Source: Oikopleura dioica
Taxonomy: Eukaryota > Animalia > Chordata
Length of the DNA: 64,000 nt
Assembly (NCBI GenBank): GCA_907165135.1
Contig: OU015569.1
Location: forward strand, 5,936,769-6,000,768
Direction of reading: 5' to 3'
Position numbers and translations under genes: made by a program. The notes under the pieces are model-generated. The model did no database searches. It had not been told where the DNA came from and was given only the letters and a program-made list of their open reading frames with translations. This document shows positions 34,585 to 46,533 of the stretch, in pieces (within the stretch, counting starts at the first letter, position 1; the number at the start of each line of letters is the position of its first letter).

Positions 34585-35626
34585 TCATAAGCTCATGAAG
34601 ATTGTCTGTTCCTTATTCTCTAATGAGACTTCTTTGCGCACGCCTGAGGCGGTTTGCGATACGATCCGTCCTTGGTAGTGGACTTCGTTCTTGTAGTTGT
34701 GATAATTCGACGATTGGCAATTATTGAATTGCTTTGAGAGCGGCGGGTGTGGTCCGCTGACGGGCAAGGCCGGAAACGTCGAGTTCTCGTCGTAGTAGTT
34801 CATCTGGACGAGCGAAGCTGAGTTGGGCGCCAGCTGCGGCAGTTGAATCCCTTGCGAATGACAAAAGTGCTCCACTTGGTAGCGCAAATGGTCGAGCTGC
34901 TGTCTAAATGCGACTGATTATTTTCTGTCGCTTTATTTTTGTAACACTTTCCGTCTGGATTTGTTACAACAAGCGCTACTTTCAATTAAGCTGTGGCGCG
35001 GGATTATCCTAGCTCACTTAAAATCTCGGAATCCGTCAAAATCACAAAGCCTATTTGGCAACACTCACCTGAGTCTGTAATTTTCGTACTCAAGATCGTG
35101 GTTCTCGTGCTGCAAAACGTTCACCTCGTCTTCCAGAGTGCGCGTCTTGTCAAGTCTTCGTTGTCTGCAGCGTCTGGCTGCTTCTTTATTTCGCTCTCGG
35201 CGCAATTCGCGTTTCGCAAGTTCAATCTCAGACAATTCTGAGTCGGCCCTCCAAATTGATATCAGCATATAAAGCCAGATTTTATTTGTACCTTTTTGCT
35301 TTACGGCCAGGACGAGAATGTTTTTTCAACTTTCTGTTGTTTTGGATCTTAAGCTGAGCGCTTGGGTGTTGCTGTTTGTTCTCATTGGTGTCGGGGGTAT
35401 TCTTATAGTTTTCGAATGAAACGACATCTTTGGGTTGGGGCTGGGTGACTGATTGGGAAGGAGTGATGTACTGGTTGCTAGTAGCCGACAATGGGCTTGT
35501 GGAACCATTTGACTGCATGGAAAGCGTTGAAATAGCGGAGTCCGAAAAGGTGGAGTAAAAGCCAAAGCTGTTCATTTCTGGCGAGCTGGAACAAAACATC
35601 GAATCAGGCGAAAGGTTCTCTACCAT
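34585..35626 (-). CDS. bZIP transcription factor (Fos/ATF3-like basic region plus leucine zipper), 3 exons.
   Basis: Exon 1 (35626-35285) is Ser/Thr/Gln-rich. Exon 2 encodes ADSELSEIELAKRELRRERNKEAARRCRQRRLDKTRTLEDEVNVLQHENHDLEYENYRLR, i.e. the RRERNK.AA.RCR..R basic motif plus a heptad Leu zipper. It is reached through a 43-nt intron (gtacaaat...atttggag). Exon 3 (34925-34585) continues QLDHLRYQVEHF... Confidence 0.85.
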
Positions 35627-37444
35627 GGGTTCAAGATTTGTTGAAAACGAAAAAAAAGAAAAATAAAAGGAAAAACTACTTCCGTCAAAGTTATCTCCCA
35701 GAGGATATACTTGTCAAAACAGCCTTTGCTTACATATTCAAGTTAGGCTACCGTAATTATTCATTATTTTAATTAATTTATTCGGAACATCGGATTTTTT
35801 CCTAGATAATTTTTTCCGATAGAAAACAAAGAAGTATTGACAATCAAGTAAGTTTCGCAAATTTTTTTCAAGTGATATCTCTTTATAAAAGCTGACAACT
35901 CCGTAAAAATCTCTGAACCATTCCTCTGTTTTCAAGCGGTACGACGTCAGTGAATGGTGGACTACAGCTGCCCTCGGAGCATGGTGACGAGCTTGGCGTG
36001 GGGGCGCTGTTGGTGCTGCTTCTGTTGCTGCATGAGCTCGACAAACTTGAACACCTGAGCGAGTCTGCGTCATTTTCAGCGCTGGTGGAGCGATGGTCCG
36101 GCAATTGCATTCGTTTTGAACTCTCTTCTTTCGAAGCCCACAGGTTACCAATCAATTGATCGACCCTGGTTACTTTTCGATTGTATCCTACAAATTCTAG
36201 CGTTACTCAAAAGAACCACTTTGAATGAAAAATCGAGGAAAAACGACTCTTTTTATGAAGATTCTCCCTCTCTTCTACTGGTTTGACATAGAACGTGGGA
36301 ACATGGCAGAAATTATCTTTAGATTGGAAGATAAACCCTCGGCCGGTCTTTATGAAAAAAAATCTGATGGGTCGATAATAGTTCGTATTTTTTAAACGAA
36401 ATTGACGGATCAGCAAATTGTGAAAATTGCTTCACACGCAAGAGACAGAGGCGCTAATTTGCAAGCGTTTCCCGTTAATAATCCTATCGGAAGTCTTCTG
36501 GGCGCAAGAGTTGCAGGGTGCGAGTGGCGGCGCTTCGCTGATCCCTTTGGCGGAAGAGGCGAATCCCTTCAACTATTACTTACCGGTATCCATATTCCCA
36601 TACTCTTCAGCGTTGGAATCGTTGTTTGAATGGGTTTTGAGGCCACGTTCGACGCGCCGCCTTTAAATAGTGCGGCGGTGGTGGCGGTGCCGGACTCTGG
36701 ATTGAACTAGCGCCGCTCGAGCTGGCAACTATCACGTTGATCTGAAATTGGTAATTCTCTTCGACTTTACAGACTTTTGAGTAAAATACGAAGCCCTATT
36801 CATATACCTGTGTGCGCGGCGAGTCGAACGTTGTGGTGATTCCTTGGCGGATGAGGCCGCTTTTATGCGCAACGAGAAAGAGCTGGTGATTCCTCTAATC
36901 ACTGGGCCGACACTGAATTCTAACTCCTGGAGCACGGTGTATGATACCGATAGAGGTGCTTCATCGGACGCAGACGAGGTTGGCTGCAGCAACGCCAGCG
37001 AACACGCCAGGAACACGCGCATTGCGTCGGTGATTCAGGTAGAAAGCGAGCGAGGACGGGCCGCTGTTACGACCGACGATCTTCCGTAAACCAAACACCA
37101 CCACGCGTCCGAATTCCAAGTTTTGTCCACGCGTCGACCCTTAATTAGACGATCAGATGCCACTTAATGGATCGTCCGATGCGCGACGAGGCGCGTGCCG
37201 AAATCTATCCTTATTCCTAAGAAGCACATTACGTCGCAGTCTACATATTCCTCACTTTCCACTCCAAAACAAAAAGCCCAGTGAATAACCCAATAACAAA
37301 TCAAAAGACTAAATTATTGTTCAGTTTATTTCACAGCTTGTTTTACTTAGGAGTCGTCGTAGGACTGTGAAAGCATCAAAACAGAGGCACTTAGTATATG
37401 ATTAGTGTAGTTTTAGAACAGAGATTCCGCTGAGTTTCCTCTAT

Positions 37445-38619
37445 GTTTTCAATTGAAACAATCAAGCGTGCGCGTAAAAACTCTTATTCTGTTATTAGTT
37501 GATACGGTCCTGAATAAACGAATTCATCGACTCCAGCTTGAGAAGGACTTTCTGCGCGAGCTGAAATTTTTCATTTGCTGCCCGAATTTTAGCCAAATTG
37601 AGTTCATCGACCAATTGAGCCATCATAATTCGCGTTTCTTGTGCATTCTCTCGCTTCCACTTCAATTCCAGTTCAGCTAGGCGAGCTACAGATATCTTTT
37701 AGGAGTTATTGTCACTGATCTATTTTTAAGAAACCTGTAGAAAATTCCAGTAAATAAGATAATAAAAGAATCGAGTCTCTTTAATAAGCGTGATGAAAGC
37801 GAAATCGACGAAAAGTCGTTCGTAGCGCCTCAACTCAGTCGAATTAATTGGCAGATTTACGAACTTCGCAACTGACCAGTCTATATTTCTACTAATTACA
37901 AATCTCAATCGAGCATTCTACCTTTTGAATTGAGCAGGCTTGTTTGGTCCTCTTCTTTGATTTCATCTTTTTTCATGCTGAGCTCGATACTTTGAATAAC
38001 CATCAAATCGTTATTGAGACTTTTCTCGAGATCTGCAAGATTTTTCTTGAGAATCTTTTCGATAGACGATTCCTTGGCTACTTTCGTTGGGAAGAGTTTT
38101 CGATGCGTGAAGAAATCGGAGAGTGCGTTTAAATAAGAAATTTTTTTCTCCAAGTCTGAGTTGATAGCAAGTTCTGGGTAGACGCTCTCATCGAGTTGAA
38201 GCAATTCTTTCTCGAAAGAGCGAAATTTTTCTTCGTAATCTAGCAGTTCCAGCGCTTGTTTATCCTACAGCAAAATCAGAATAAAGACTAGACTAGGATT
38301 TGTTACCTGTATCGTTATAGGAAGAACGATGCCATGATTACTTTGCGACCTTGGCCCGTGAACGTAGATCTTTGCGCTGACCTTATCGCAGAAGTCGTCC
38401 CCATCGTCGATGAATATGTCTACCGTATTTATTGATTTGATATCCTTCGTTTTTTCGATCCAGAGCAATTTGGAGCAACTTATCTGTAATTAACTTTTAA
38501 CTTCGGATTCAGCCTTACAGTAAGTCATTGACGACATAATTGAGAATATCTCTGTCTGTTTTGACCAGCACACGCAAAACTTTGTTTCTAATAAGGCAAT
38601 CGAAAATGTAAAAAATCAT
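37445..38619 (-). CDS. Unassigned protein with an N-terminal globular part and a C-terminal coiled coil, 4 exons.
   Basis: MIFYIFDCLIRNKVLRVLVKTDRDILNYVVNDLL|gtaagg. Next is ...INTVDIFIDDGDDFCDKVSAKIYVHGPRSQSNHGIVLPITIQ|gtaaca. Then DKQALELLDYEEKFRSFEKELLQLDESVYPELAINSDLEKK...(37905-38260). The last exon is VARLAELELKWKRENAQETRIMMAQLVDELNLAKIRAANEKFQLAQKVLLKLESMNSFIQDRI...* (about 37445-37690). Canonical splice sites join all exons. Confidence 0.5.
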
Positions 38620-40405
38620 TCTTCTGAGCTGAATACTTTTGGAAAGGAATCTAGTGCAAAGATCTTTTTTCAGAAAATGCTGGCCCAGTGTCAACGGGGG
38701 ATCACCAAAGTTCAGAGATCAGGATTTATACTTTTCCCCCTTATTTACTGCAGTTCTTATAACTTTAAAATCTGAGCGCAAATATGATAGATGCAAATTA
38801 CAGAATCATCTGATGATTTTCACCAAAAATTCGTTTTCAGGAAAGCGACAGTAACTTATTCAATTGGGATCGAAAAAGTACTAGAAAATCGAATGCGAGA
38901 AGCGGAAACAAGGAAAAGAAGGACAGCACTTTTTTGAACGGGCTCCTCATGCAGCTGGAGAGAAGAACTCTCTAAAGAACCACTTGCATTCTACCAACCC
39001 ATTCATCACTCAAAAACAGCACCATGCAGTTATTCCGCTGTCAAATTATAAAACCAAGAAGCTGACGAGAATAAATTAAATTAACAAATCTTATCTTTTG
39101 TCAGCATGAAAATGCGAAGAAGCTGCTTTAATCCCCAATTTGCGCCTTCAGATTGAATACATTGAGATGGCTAATTATGCTCGCCTTTATCTTCAGATTT
39201 CAGTGTATTGAAATGATCCGCTCGAGTCAAGGCCGAAAACTATAGACTTCCCGTCAAAACAAGGTCGTATTGACATCGTCTTCAAGTCCAAGCAACCTAA
39301 TTGACCGAATTTCAATTAAAAACGGTAATCAGCTCTGTCTTCTTTCCGAGTATAAGCCCCATCTCAATTAAAAACAAGTGAACTCATTTTCAAAACAAGT
39401 TTAGAAATTGGTAAATAACAAACATATCTTTAGTTAATCGTCGAATAACGTTGCCAAGTTTTCGATAAGAGTTAGGCTTAGGGTTAGTAAAAATTCTAAA
39501 ACTTGTGCGCTTTGACTGTACAGTACTGTAATTTTAGAGCCTGCCAGTACTTGAATAAGTGACAAAAATATAACTTTTAAAGTAATTATATGAAAATTTA
39601 TGAGCAGTCATAAGACGTTCCATTTTAAACTTCCAAAATCGATCTGGAAAGTAATCTGATTGCAATAAAGCATGGATTGGCAGCAAATTGAAAGAAAGAA
39701 CTCCTATTTGCTCGATCTCGAACGAGTAAAAGTTAAGAAGTAGGAGAGATTATTCCCTTGAGGACTGATAGGTTGGATTAGTCTGATTCTATTTCTGACA
39801 GAAAATAATTAACCACCAAATAATCAGACTCCCCTACTGGACTGACAGGTGCCCGCGCTCGCCACCTCATAGAAAAATCGCTTTTCTTTTTTAACCGCCT
39901 TTGTATCTCAGCCCTCAAATCGCCAATAAGAGATCAAACTAATCGAAAGCACAAATCTAACATTCAGGTGATTGAAAAAGAACTATTTCTTATTGAGGCT
40001 ATTTTGTTTTTGTCAGAATCATCTCTAACAGAGTGACTGACAGACTGACAGTCACTAACTGTAACGTAGACTGCCTTTCAGCATTTATCCACCTAAGTCA
40101 ATAACTCTTGCGGTATTAGCGATCATAATTTATTCATCCCTTGAACAATTTTTTTTATTTTACTGAGAGCTTTCGTTTCTTTATATAAAACAAATGCAGT
40201 AGTTGAGACGTGCCCTGAGCTGTGTCTAGGTCTGGTTGCTCATTGATGTGAGAGTTAAGGCAGAAATCGAAGAGAACCAAATTGAGCCTGGACGAGATCA
40301 TTAGATCAATCAGAAGGGATCAGCGCAAATTCAACCGAAGAGGGCAAATTCTTTCCTAGCGCGTAAATAAAGCATTATCTTTTTTTTTTTGAAGAGGAGG
40401 CAGAA

Positions 40406-40920
40406 ATGGACAAAAGGAACGAGTGCGTTTCCGATTCTGAACTCGACAATTTTGAAGACGGTGAGAACATGATGGGCGAAATTTACACTTTCATTGAAAG
40501 ATTTAGACGGTGAGGACTACCCGATTCCAAGGCCGAGACGGAGCAAGTCTGTTGATTTTTCACCCATCGTTCGAGTTGAAGAAGTCTCACGTTATAAAGT
40601 ACAGTATTTAGAAATGCGAGCGCAGGAGCTGAGACATGATTTATTGTCTACATCTGTTCAGCCTAATTGCAATTTTCTTAGCAACGAGCCTCCAAATGCA
40701 AATATGGAAATATGTCGGAAATTCAAAAGGTTTCGCACGACGATAATAATTTCGATAAACGTAGTTTGAAGCTCGCCATCCGGCTGGAACTGAACGAGTT
40801 CAAGCTCAAGGAAATGAAAGTGCACGATCAAAGCCGCTCAAATACCCTCTTCTACGACATTGGAAAGTACCACACTCGTCTGCGCGATCATTTCTCGCCC
40901 AAAAAGTCCTTTCTCAAATA
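40406..40920 (+). CDS. Small unassigned protein (2-3 exons): MDKRNECVSDSELDNFEDGENMMGEIYTFIER... DLDGEDYPIPRPRRSKSVDFSPIVRVEEVSRYKVQYLEMRAQELRHDLLSTSVQP...
   Basis: An ATG at 40406 lies in a purine-rich context. The ORF 40494-40769 and the overlapping 40712-40921 can be joined by a short intron. There is no recognisable domain. Confidence 0.3.
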
Positions 40921-42442
40921 ATCCTCATTTGCCGCGTTCATTTTTGAGAGCAGTAATTGACTTTCAAATGAATCAAGAAGCTTTTCTTCTTTATAACTTT
41001 CATCAATAAATAAAATTAGGAATATTCAACTAACAAAGTCCCATTTGAACTTGTCCTTCGAAACAAGGTGAATCAATGTGAGAAGAAATTTCCACGTAAA
41101 GAAATGAAATTTTTGGAAATTGATCGATTCGTCGTGCTTCGCAGTGGAATAATTGCTACATGAAAACGCGGTAATAAAAACATATGCTGAATTTGCAAGC
41201 GTTGAGCTTTTTAATTTGTTCATTTCTTCTGAGACAAGTTTAAAAGGTCTTTTCTGAACTAGCAGACGAAATGCCTCGCTAAACGAAATCACGAAAGAAT
41301 AAACCAAAAGAGCCAAATTGACGCGAATCCCTTAACTAAATCTAAATATTTTGACAAAGTTAGATCAAACCGATTTACCTTCTCGGTTTATAATAACTAG
41401 ACTATATAATGAAGTGGATCTGCTTATTCATAGCATATTCCATCTTCTACGGAATATCTTCAAGATGAAGAAGGGCCTCTTTTCAGGAGTTCCACTCACG
41501 CATGGTGGCTTAGAGATTTTTAATTATTTTGAACTCGGTTGTTATTTTAGAACGCGTGTGAATGCTTATTGAAGGAAATATCTGATCTGGCGGTGGAGAA
41601 GTGTTCCTGTCAGCAGGAGCGCGCTCATTGCACAACGTGCGAGCTCAAGTGCACAGAAAATAAATGCGCGCCGGAGCTGGATACTTCCGTGCTTGTCCTC
41701 TTCGACTCGCTGGAAAAAGGAGCTGTCCGCTTTGGCGCCAGCGTTTTCAAATATTTATCGGAATAGGCGAGCTTCTCTAATTGAGATTAATACACTTCAA
41801 AGGAGGACAATAAATCAATTGCGTTAACGAAAAGCGATCCGCTCGAAACGGCTGCATTGACAGTCACGGTCAAAACAAAATGCCAGGACGACATAATCCA
41901 ATTGTCCTCCGATAAGATACGCAGGACAAGTCTAGCCTAGCGACTTCGACACAGAGCCGCCGCAGTCACTTTTGGCGTTAGAGGCAGGGATCCTGCTTGA
42001 CCCTGACACTGGAGCATTCCCTGACGTTTGGTGCATTTTATGACAAAGTCGTTTATTCGAATCGTCGTTATTGCGAATTTAAGGGTGAAGTCAGTTTGAC
42101 AGAAGTGCTCAGTTCATTACTTGTTTTTGGGTATCATCGGCCCAAAACACTAATGAAAAAGATCTTTTTCTAAAGATTTCTCTCTCTTTTAAAATGTTTT
42201 CCCAGTCTCGAAAATGTTTGTGGAAAATTTTCCTAGTGAAGGAGGCGCAAACGTGAACTCGTTAGACCGCAGCGATCGGCAACTCAATAATTCTCAGCAC
42301 GAAGCAACCTTATTCATACAGAGACCTACTGCTAGATAAATAAGGAACTGACTTATAAAAATTTCCAAAGCGACTTCTAATCTTGTTTTTACAGTATAGA
42401 TCACTATAAATCTATCATATCGGATGTACTTAATCGCTTTAA

Positions 42443-42825
42443 GGGGGGGGGGGGGGTCGACGAGAATTTTTTCAGAGGTGATCGTAATTTCGCGTATACA
42501 CATGGTCTGTGTATGAATCTTATATTTTTGGAATCCTCAGATCCTCCTGAATCTGTTGACCCTAAAATCATTCGATAAAAATAAGATTTAGGGGGTGAAA
42601 TTAAGAAAAATGTAAAAAAATGACTATTTTTGGTGCATTTTCGCGAAAATGCCCCTACTTTGACGGCATTTTTGACCGATTTTTTCTGGCCAAAATTTTT
42701 TCTACTTCTCGCCGGTTAATTTTTTCAACCCTTTTCTTTTTGCCAGTAAATTCAGATTTTGCCTATCTGATCAGGTTTTCCCGCATTTTTGGTCACGGAA
42801 ATCCCGATTCTCGTCGACCCCCTCC
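42443..42825. mobile_element. MITE-like 383-bp element bounded by TTAA on both sides. One terminus is a G14 homopolymer, and the TIRs are about 28 bp (...GGGGGTCGACGAGAAT / ATTCTCGTCGACCCCCTCC).
   Basis: The boundaries read TTAA(42439-42442)|GGGGGGGGGGGGGGTCGACGAGAAT ... ATTCTCGTCGACCCCCTCC|TTAA(42826-42829). The interior is AT-rich and non-coding. Confidence 0.6.
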
Positions 42826-43277
42826 TTAAGCGTATTAATAAGTCCCAATATACTTTTTACTTGATAAAAAGTGCCTGGTACTTCCAAAATAACAAGTTCA
42901 TTGACAATGTTTTTCGTCATTTACGATAAATCAATCGAGTTCCATATCTTTAGCGATGGCAAACGAGCATAAGATGAGTTGAGATGCCCTTGAAATGATT
43001 ACGTACGAGAAAATAAATATACGAAACCGAACACTCCCCCGCAATATTACTAATATTATATAATTGGTAATTCAGTTTCACCTGCGATTTAGCGAAAATG
43101 CAATTTCTTAAGAAATAGACGTTCCTGTCATTCCACTTGGCGCTTCGATTAGAGCCGCTGGTGGTGGTGGAGGTGGCGCGCTCTCCCACCTCGATCATAT
43201 AAAAATGCTCGTCCCTCTGGAAAAGGCAACCTGCTAGATACACAGCAGCAAAAGAAAAAAAACAGCCTTTTGAGAAA

Positions 43278-43827
43278 ATGAAAGTTTTTGCCTTCACCGC
43301 CCTTGCCGTTATGGCCCAAGATGAAGTCGACCGAAAGGTTCCCCCACGAACCCCAAGCGACCGAATCGCCCAGCTCAAGCGACATGTTGGTCGATTGATG
43401 GTTGATCACTTTCCTGAATGTGCCAAGGTGAGATAGACTAACTAGAAACTTTGGCTTAACTCTTTCTGCTAGAACTCCGTCTGGGAAGAAAAACTCACCA
43501 AGGTCTTGAGCCGAGCTGAGTCTGCTTTCGAGCGATCTTGCGGATTCTTTGACCCCGATCTTCCACACGGTGGTCCATCCCCAGCTCGACGACGACGACA
43601 AGCTGACGATGATGAGGTGCGATACTCTGAGACCGACGCTATCGCCTCCATCAATGGTAACTTATCTTCATAGTGGCACTTTCAGAGGCAATCTTTAGGC
43701 ATCACCGGAGGCATCCGAAAGTTTGCTGAACGATACATCTCCGAGTGTGGCGGCCAGAAAGCCAACAAGCACATCGTCAACCATGCCAACAAGTGGCGAG
43801 CCAAGTTGACCAGCAAGTTCGAGAATG
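43278..43827 (+). CDS. Small secreted protein (about 140 aa, 3 exons) of unassigned family. AATAAA lies at 43842-43847.
   Basis: MKVFAFTALAVMAQDEVDRKVPP...HFPECAK|gtgaga...ctgctag|NSVWEEKLTKVL...CGFFDPDLPHGG...DAIASING|gtaact...atctttag|ITGGIRKFAERYISECGGQKANKHIVNHANKWRAKLTSKFENGC*. It has a clear signal peptide, four Cys, and two about 45-nt introns. Confidence 0.65.
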
Positions 43828-45845
43828 GTTGCTAAATCACAGCTGTATAAATAAAAATTTCCGACCCTGCGTCATCACGGTTCCAAATAAATATAATTAC
43901 TAAAAAATCAATTTTGTTTTTGTCTCACCTCACGCAATACCAACGCATCAAGTTCCGCATAAGCTCGAAATTCTCACTGATCCATAAAATATTGACAATA
44001 TTTCTGGAGAGAATAGAATGGAAGCAGAGCACTGCCTTAACTATACTAATATGTAAGAGGAACTCGCAGAATAATGATTAACGAGTTTTAGTGGATACGC
44101 CTGTGACTGTATTCTGGAGCTCTTTGACGAGCTAGAAAACAGCGATCTAAACGCGAAACACACTCTATCAGCGACAGAAGAAATAACGCAGCTGGATGGA
44201 GGCTTACCCCGCGATTGTGAGTTCTTTCATGAACGGATCAAACATTTTGAATTAATTTTATGAGTAAACACATTTCATCCTACAAGGCTTTATGCTGCCA
44301 AAAAGAAGAAGAGAGGACGAAAAGACAGGGATTGAAGCTCAGTGTGATTGAAGAGTATATGATGGAAATTTCAGTTAATTATAGGTTCACGTTATTCCTG
44401 TGTTTCGCATATGAAGGCGCTTCTATAGTTAGAAGTCGCGATTTTCCTTTTTCTTCTTCTTGAAGCTAGACATAGACTAACAGTCACTACCGAGTCGGTA
44501 GTACCGACTGACAGTGACAGGGGAAATTTCCGAGACAATTGGGTTAAAATTAACTTTACATGATTTTTCGTTCAAAACCTGCAAAAGAATCATTCCTTAC
44601 AATGGCCCCCAATACGTCATACTCCTCATCGGATTTTCAGGCTCGATACTAGCAAGACAAGTGGACTGCGATAAATTTAGCGTTTAGACTAATTAAAACT
44701 TCTTTATAGAAATATTTTAAACGCAATAAAAGCGTTTTCTGTATAGTTCTGTCGACGGTCATTTCCTCCATAAGAGTGAGCAAATTTTGATAGACCTATT
44801 TCATATTTTTAAAGAAGCGGCGAAATAAAAGAAAACTGGAGGCAGCGATGGAAAACCGAGGCGAGAACAGTACGTATGAACTCGGGTGAACCAAACACAA
44901 TCAAATTAGAAGACGCTCTTGCTGTGAATTAATTCTGTGTAGCCTTGCTTATTACGCTTCCTTGACATTGCCACGTATTTGATTACAGCTTCTATGTTCA
45001 AAATACTTTTAGGCAACAGACCCCGACTATCAGAAGTCGCCATGCGCTTCGACCGATCCTTCGATGAAAACGTCCAATACGGAAATAGCCAACTCACTGC
45101 CGAGAATTAGGCAAGAACTGGAGGCTTATGCAAATCTTTATCACCACCTTAGATGGATTACAAGCGCCTAAAACTCATTTTCTTTCCACTGCATATGTAT
45201 CCTCGTTGTAAGTAATGATTCGGAAACTGTACTTTTATTTCTTTGTGAGATTTATTGAATAAAAAGGGTTCAGCAGTGTAACCGTCAACTTAAGTAGAAG
45301 AAAGTAAAGGAACAAAATTATGGTAGTCTCGAAATGGGAGAGTTAAATTGGACGGATATTCTAGGCAGTATATACAGTCGGATAGAAAGAAAAGTTCCGA
45401 ACGAGATCTTGAATTTGAAGAGAATTAAGTCGGAGGCTTTTCTATCAACATTTCATTGGACATTTTGTTCTTGTACATGAAAAAATTAAAGAACAGAAGA
45501 ATTAATGAATACAAGAAACACAAGTTGACGCTATCAAGAGGGCTGAGGTTAAAAGCATCACATGCCTTGCCTGACGATCTTTTCACCTTCCAGCTGGCAC
45601 TCACGGACGAGTTGTCTTGCGTGTTGAAGGCCACGCTTGAGCCGTTCTTGCGCACTAGAATTTAAATTTAATGAGCAGCATAGTCCACTTATAGCGCGAC
45701 GATGAAATAAAGTCAAATCAATTCGCAACGGTAACCGAGTTTCTCGCCCGTCACTCCGGATTTCGGAGCCGTGTAAAACATCGAACCAGATAGAGTTAAC
45801 ACTGACAAAATCGCAGTTTATATTATTTCTGCAATTTACCTCTTG

Positions 45846-46302
45846 CTGCCCGCGTAAGTCGGCCTGACGTCTTTGCCGAGCTCGTCAATGACTCCAACGA
45901 GATCCTCGAATTTTTCAGTCATGCGCGGTTGATCGATCATCTTTGCCGTTCGCGGCTGCTTTTGCGCCGGTCTTGAGTAAGGCGCATTGCTTTGCTGCTT
46001 CGACTGACGCTTAATTCAATTCAATTTTATGCTACTTGTGGACCATTTTCTTACATATGAAGGGGGTGGGTTGCTCAATGCTTTCATTCGCTCTTTGTAA
46101 GTCGGCTTCGTTTCGGCCATTGCTCGGTAGTTAGCTGCAGCCTGTGCGGCGGCAACTTGCTTTCCGAGCATTTCCAACTTCTTTTGTATTTCTTCGTTCT
46201 GAAAACTTTCATAAAAAAGGACTTTAACTTAGGACTCTACCGTTTGTCGTTGAGCAACTTCCAGGAGCTTCGCCTGCGCTGCTATAATGTCTGGCGGGTT
46301 GT
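45846..46302 (-). CDS. Small (about 110 aa) unassigned protein, 3 exons.
   Basis: MSRNNPPDIIAAQAKLLEVAQRQT|gtagag..(42 nt)..ttttcag|NEEIQKKLEMLGKQVAAAQAAANYRAMAETKPTYKERMKALSNPPPSY|gtaaga...aattaag|RQSKQQSNAPYSRPAQKQPRTAKMIDQPRMTEKFEDLVGVIDELGKDVRPTYAGSKR*. Confidence 0.55.
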
Positions 46303-46533
46303 TTCGGCTCATTCTTAATTTGTCATTTTCAACTCAATTTTAAATATGTTTAGTGTTACAATATATACAGATTTTTTTCTGAAGGAACTGGCAGGGATGT
46401 GAGAGTTATTATTTGATGAACGTTGTTTCAGTGAAAATCGGCAGGGATATAGTGAGTGAATAACTTCTGCGCAAGTCAAAATGAGTGAAATTCTAAAGTA
46501 TAACAACATGAACACGATGTTCGTTGCGAATAT

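Noticed and set aside
36732-37089. Opposite-strand ORFs: minus 96 aa with a signal-peptide-like start (MRVFLACSLALLQPTSSA), and plus 81 aa (MADEAAFMRNEK...).
   Set aside because: Neither has domain content or splice support. They are mutually exclusive, so not reported as features.
40020-44530. gactgacagtcact-like motifs at 40040-40060 and 44480-44520 considered as TIRs of a 4.5-kb element.
   Set aside because: The matches are short and low-complexity (gact/gaca iterations), not true reverse complements over more than 12 bp. There is no TSD.
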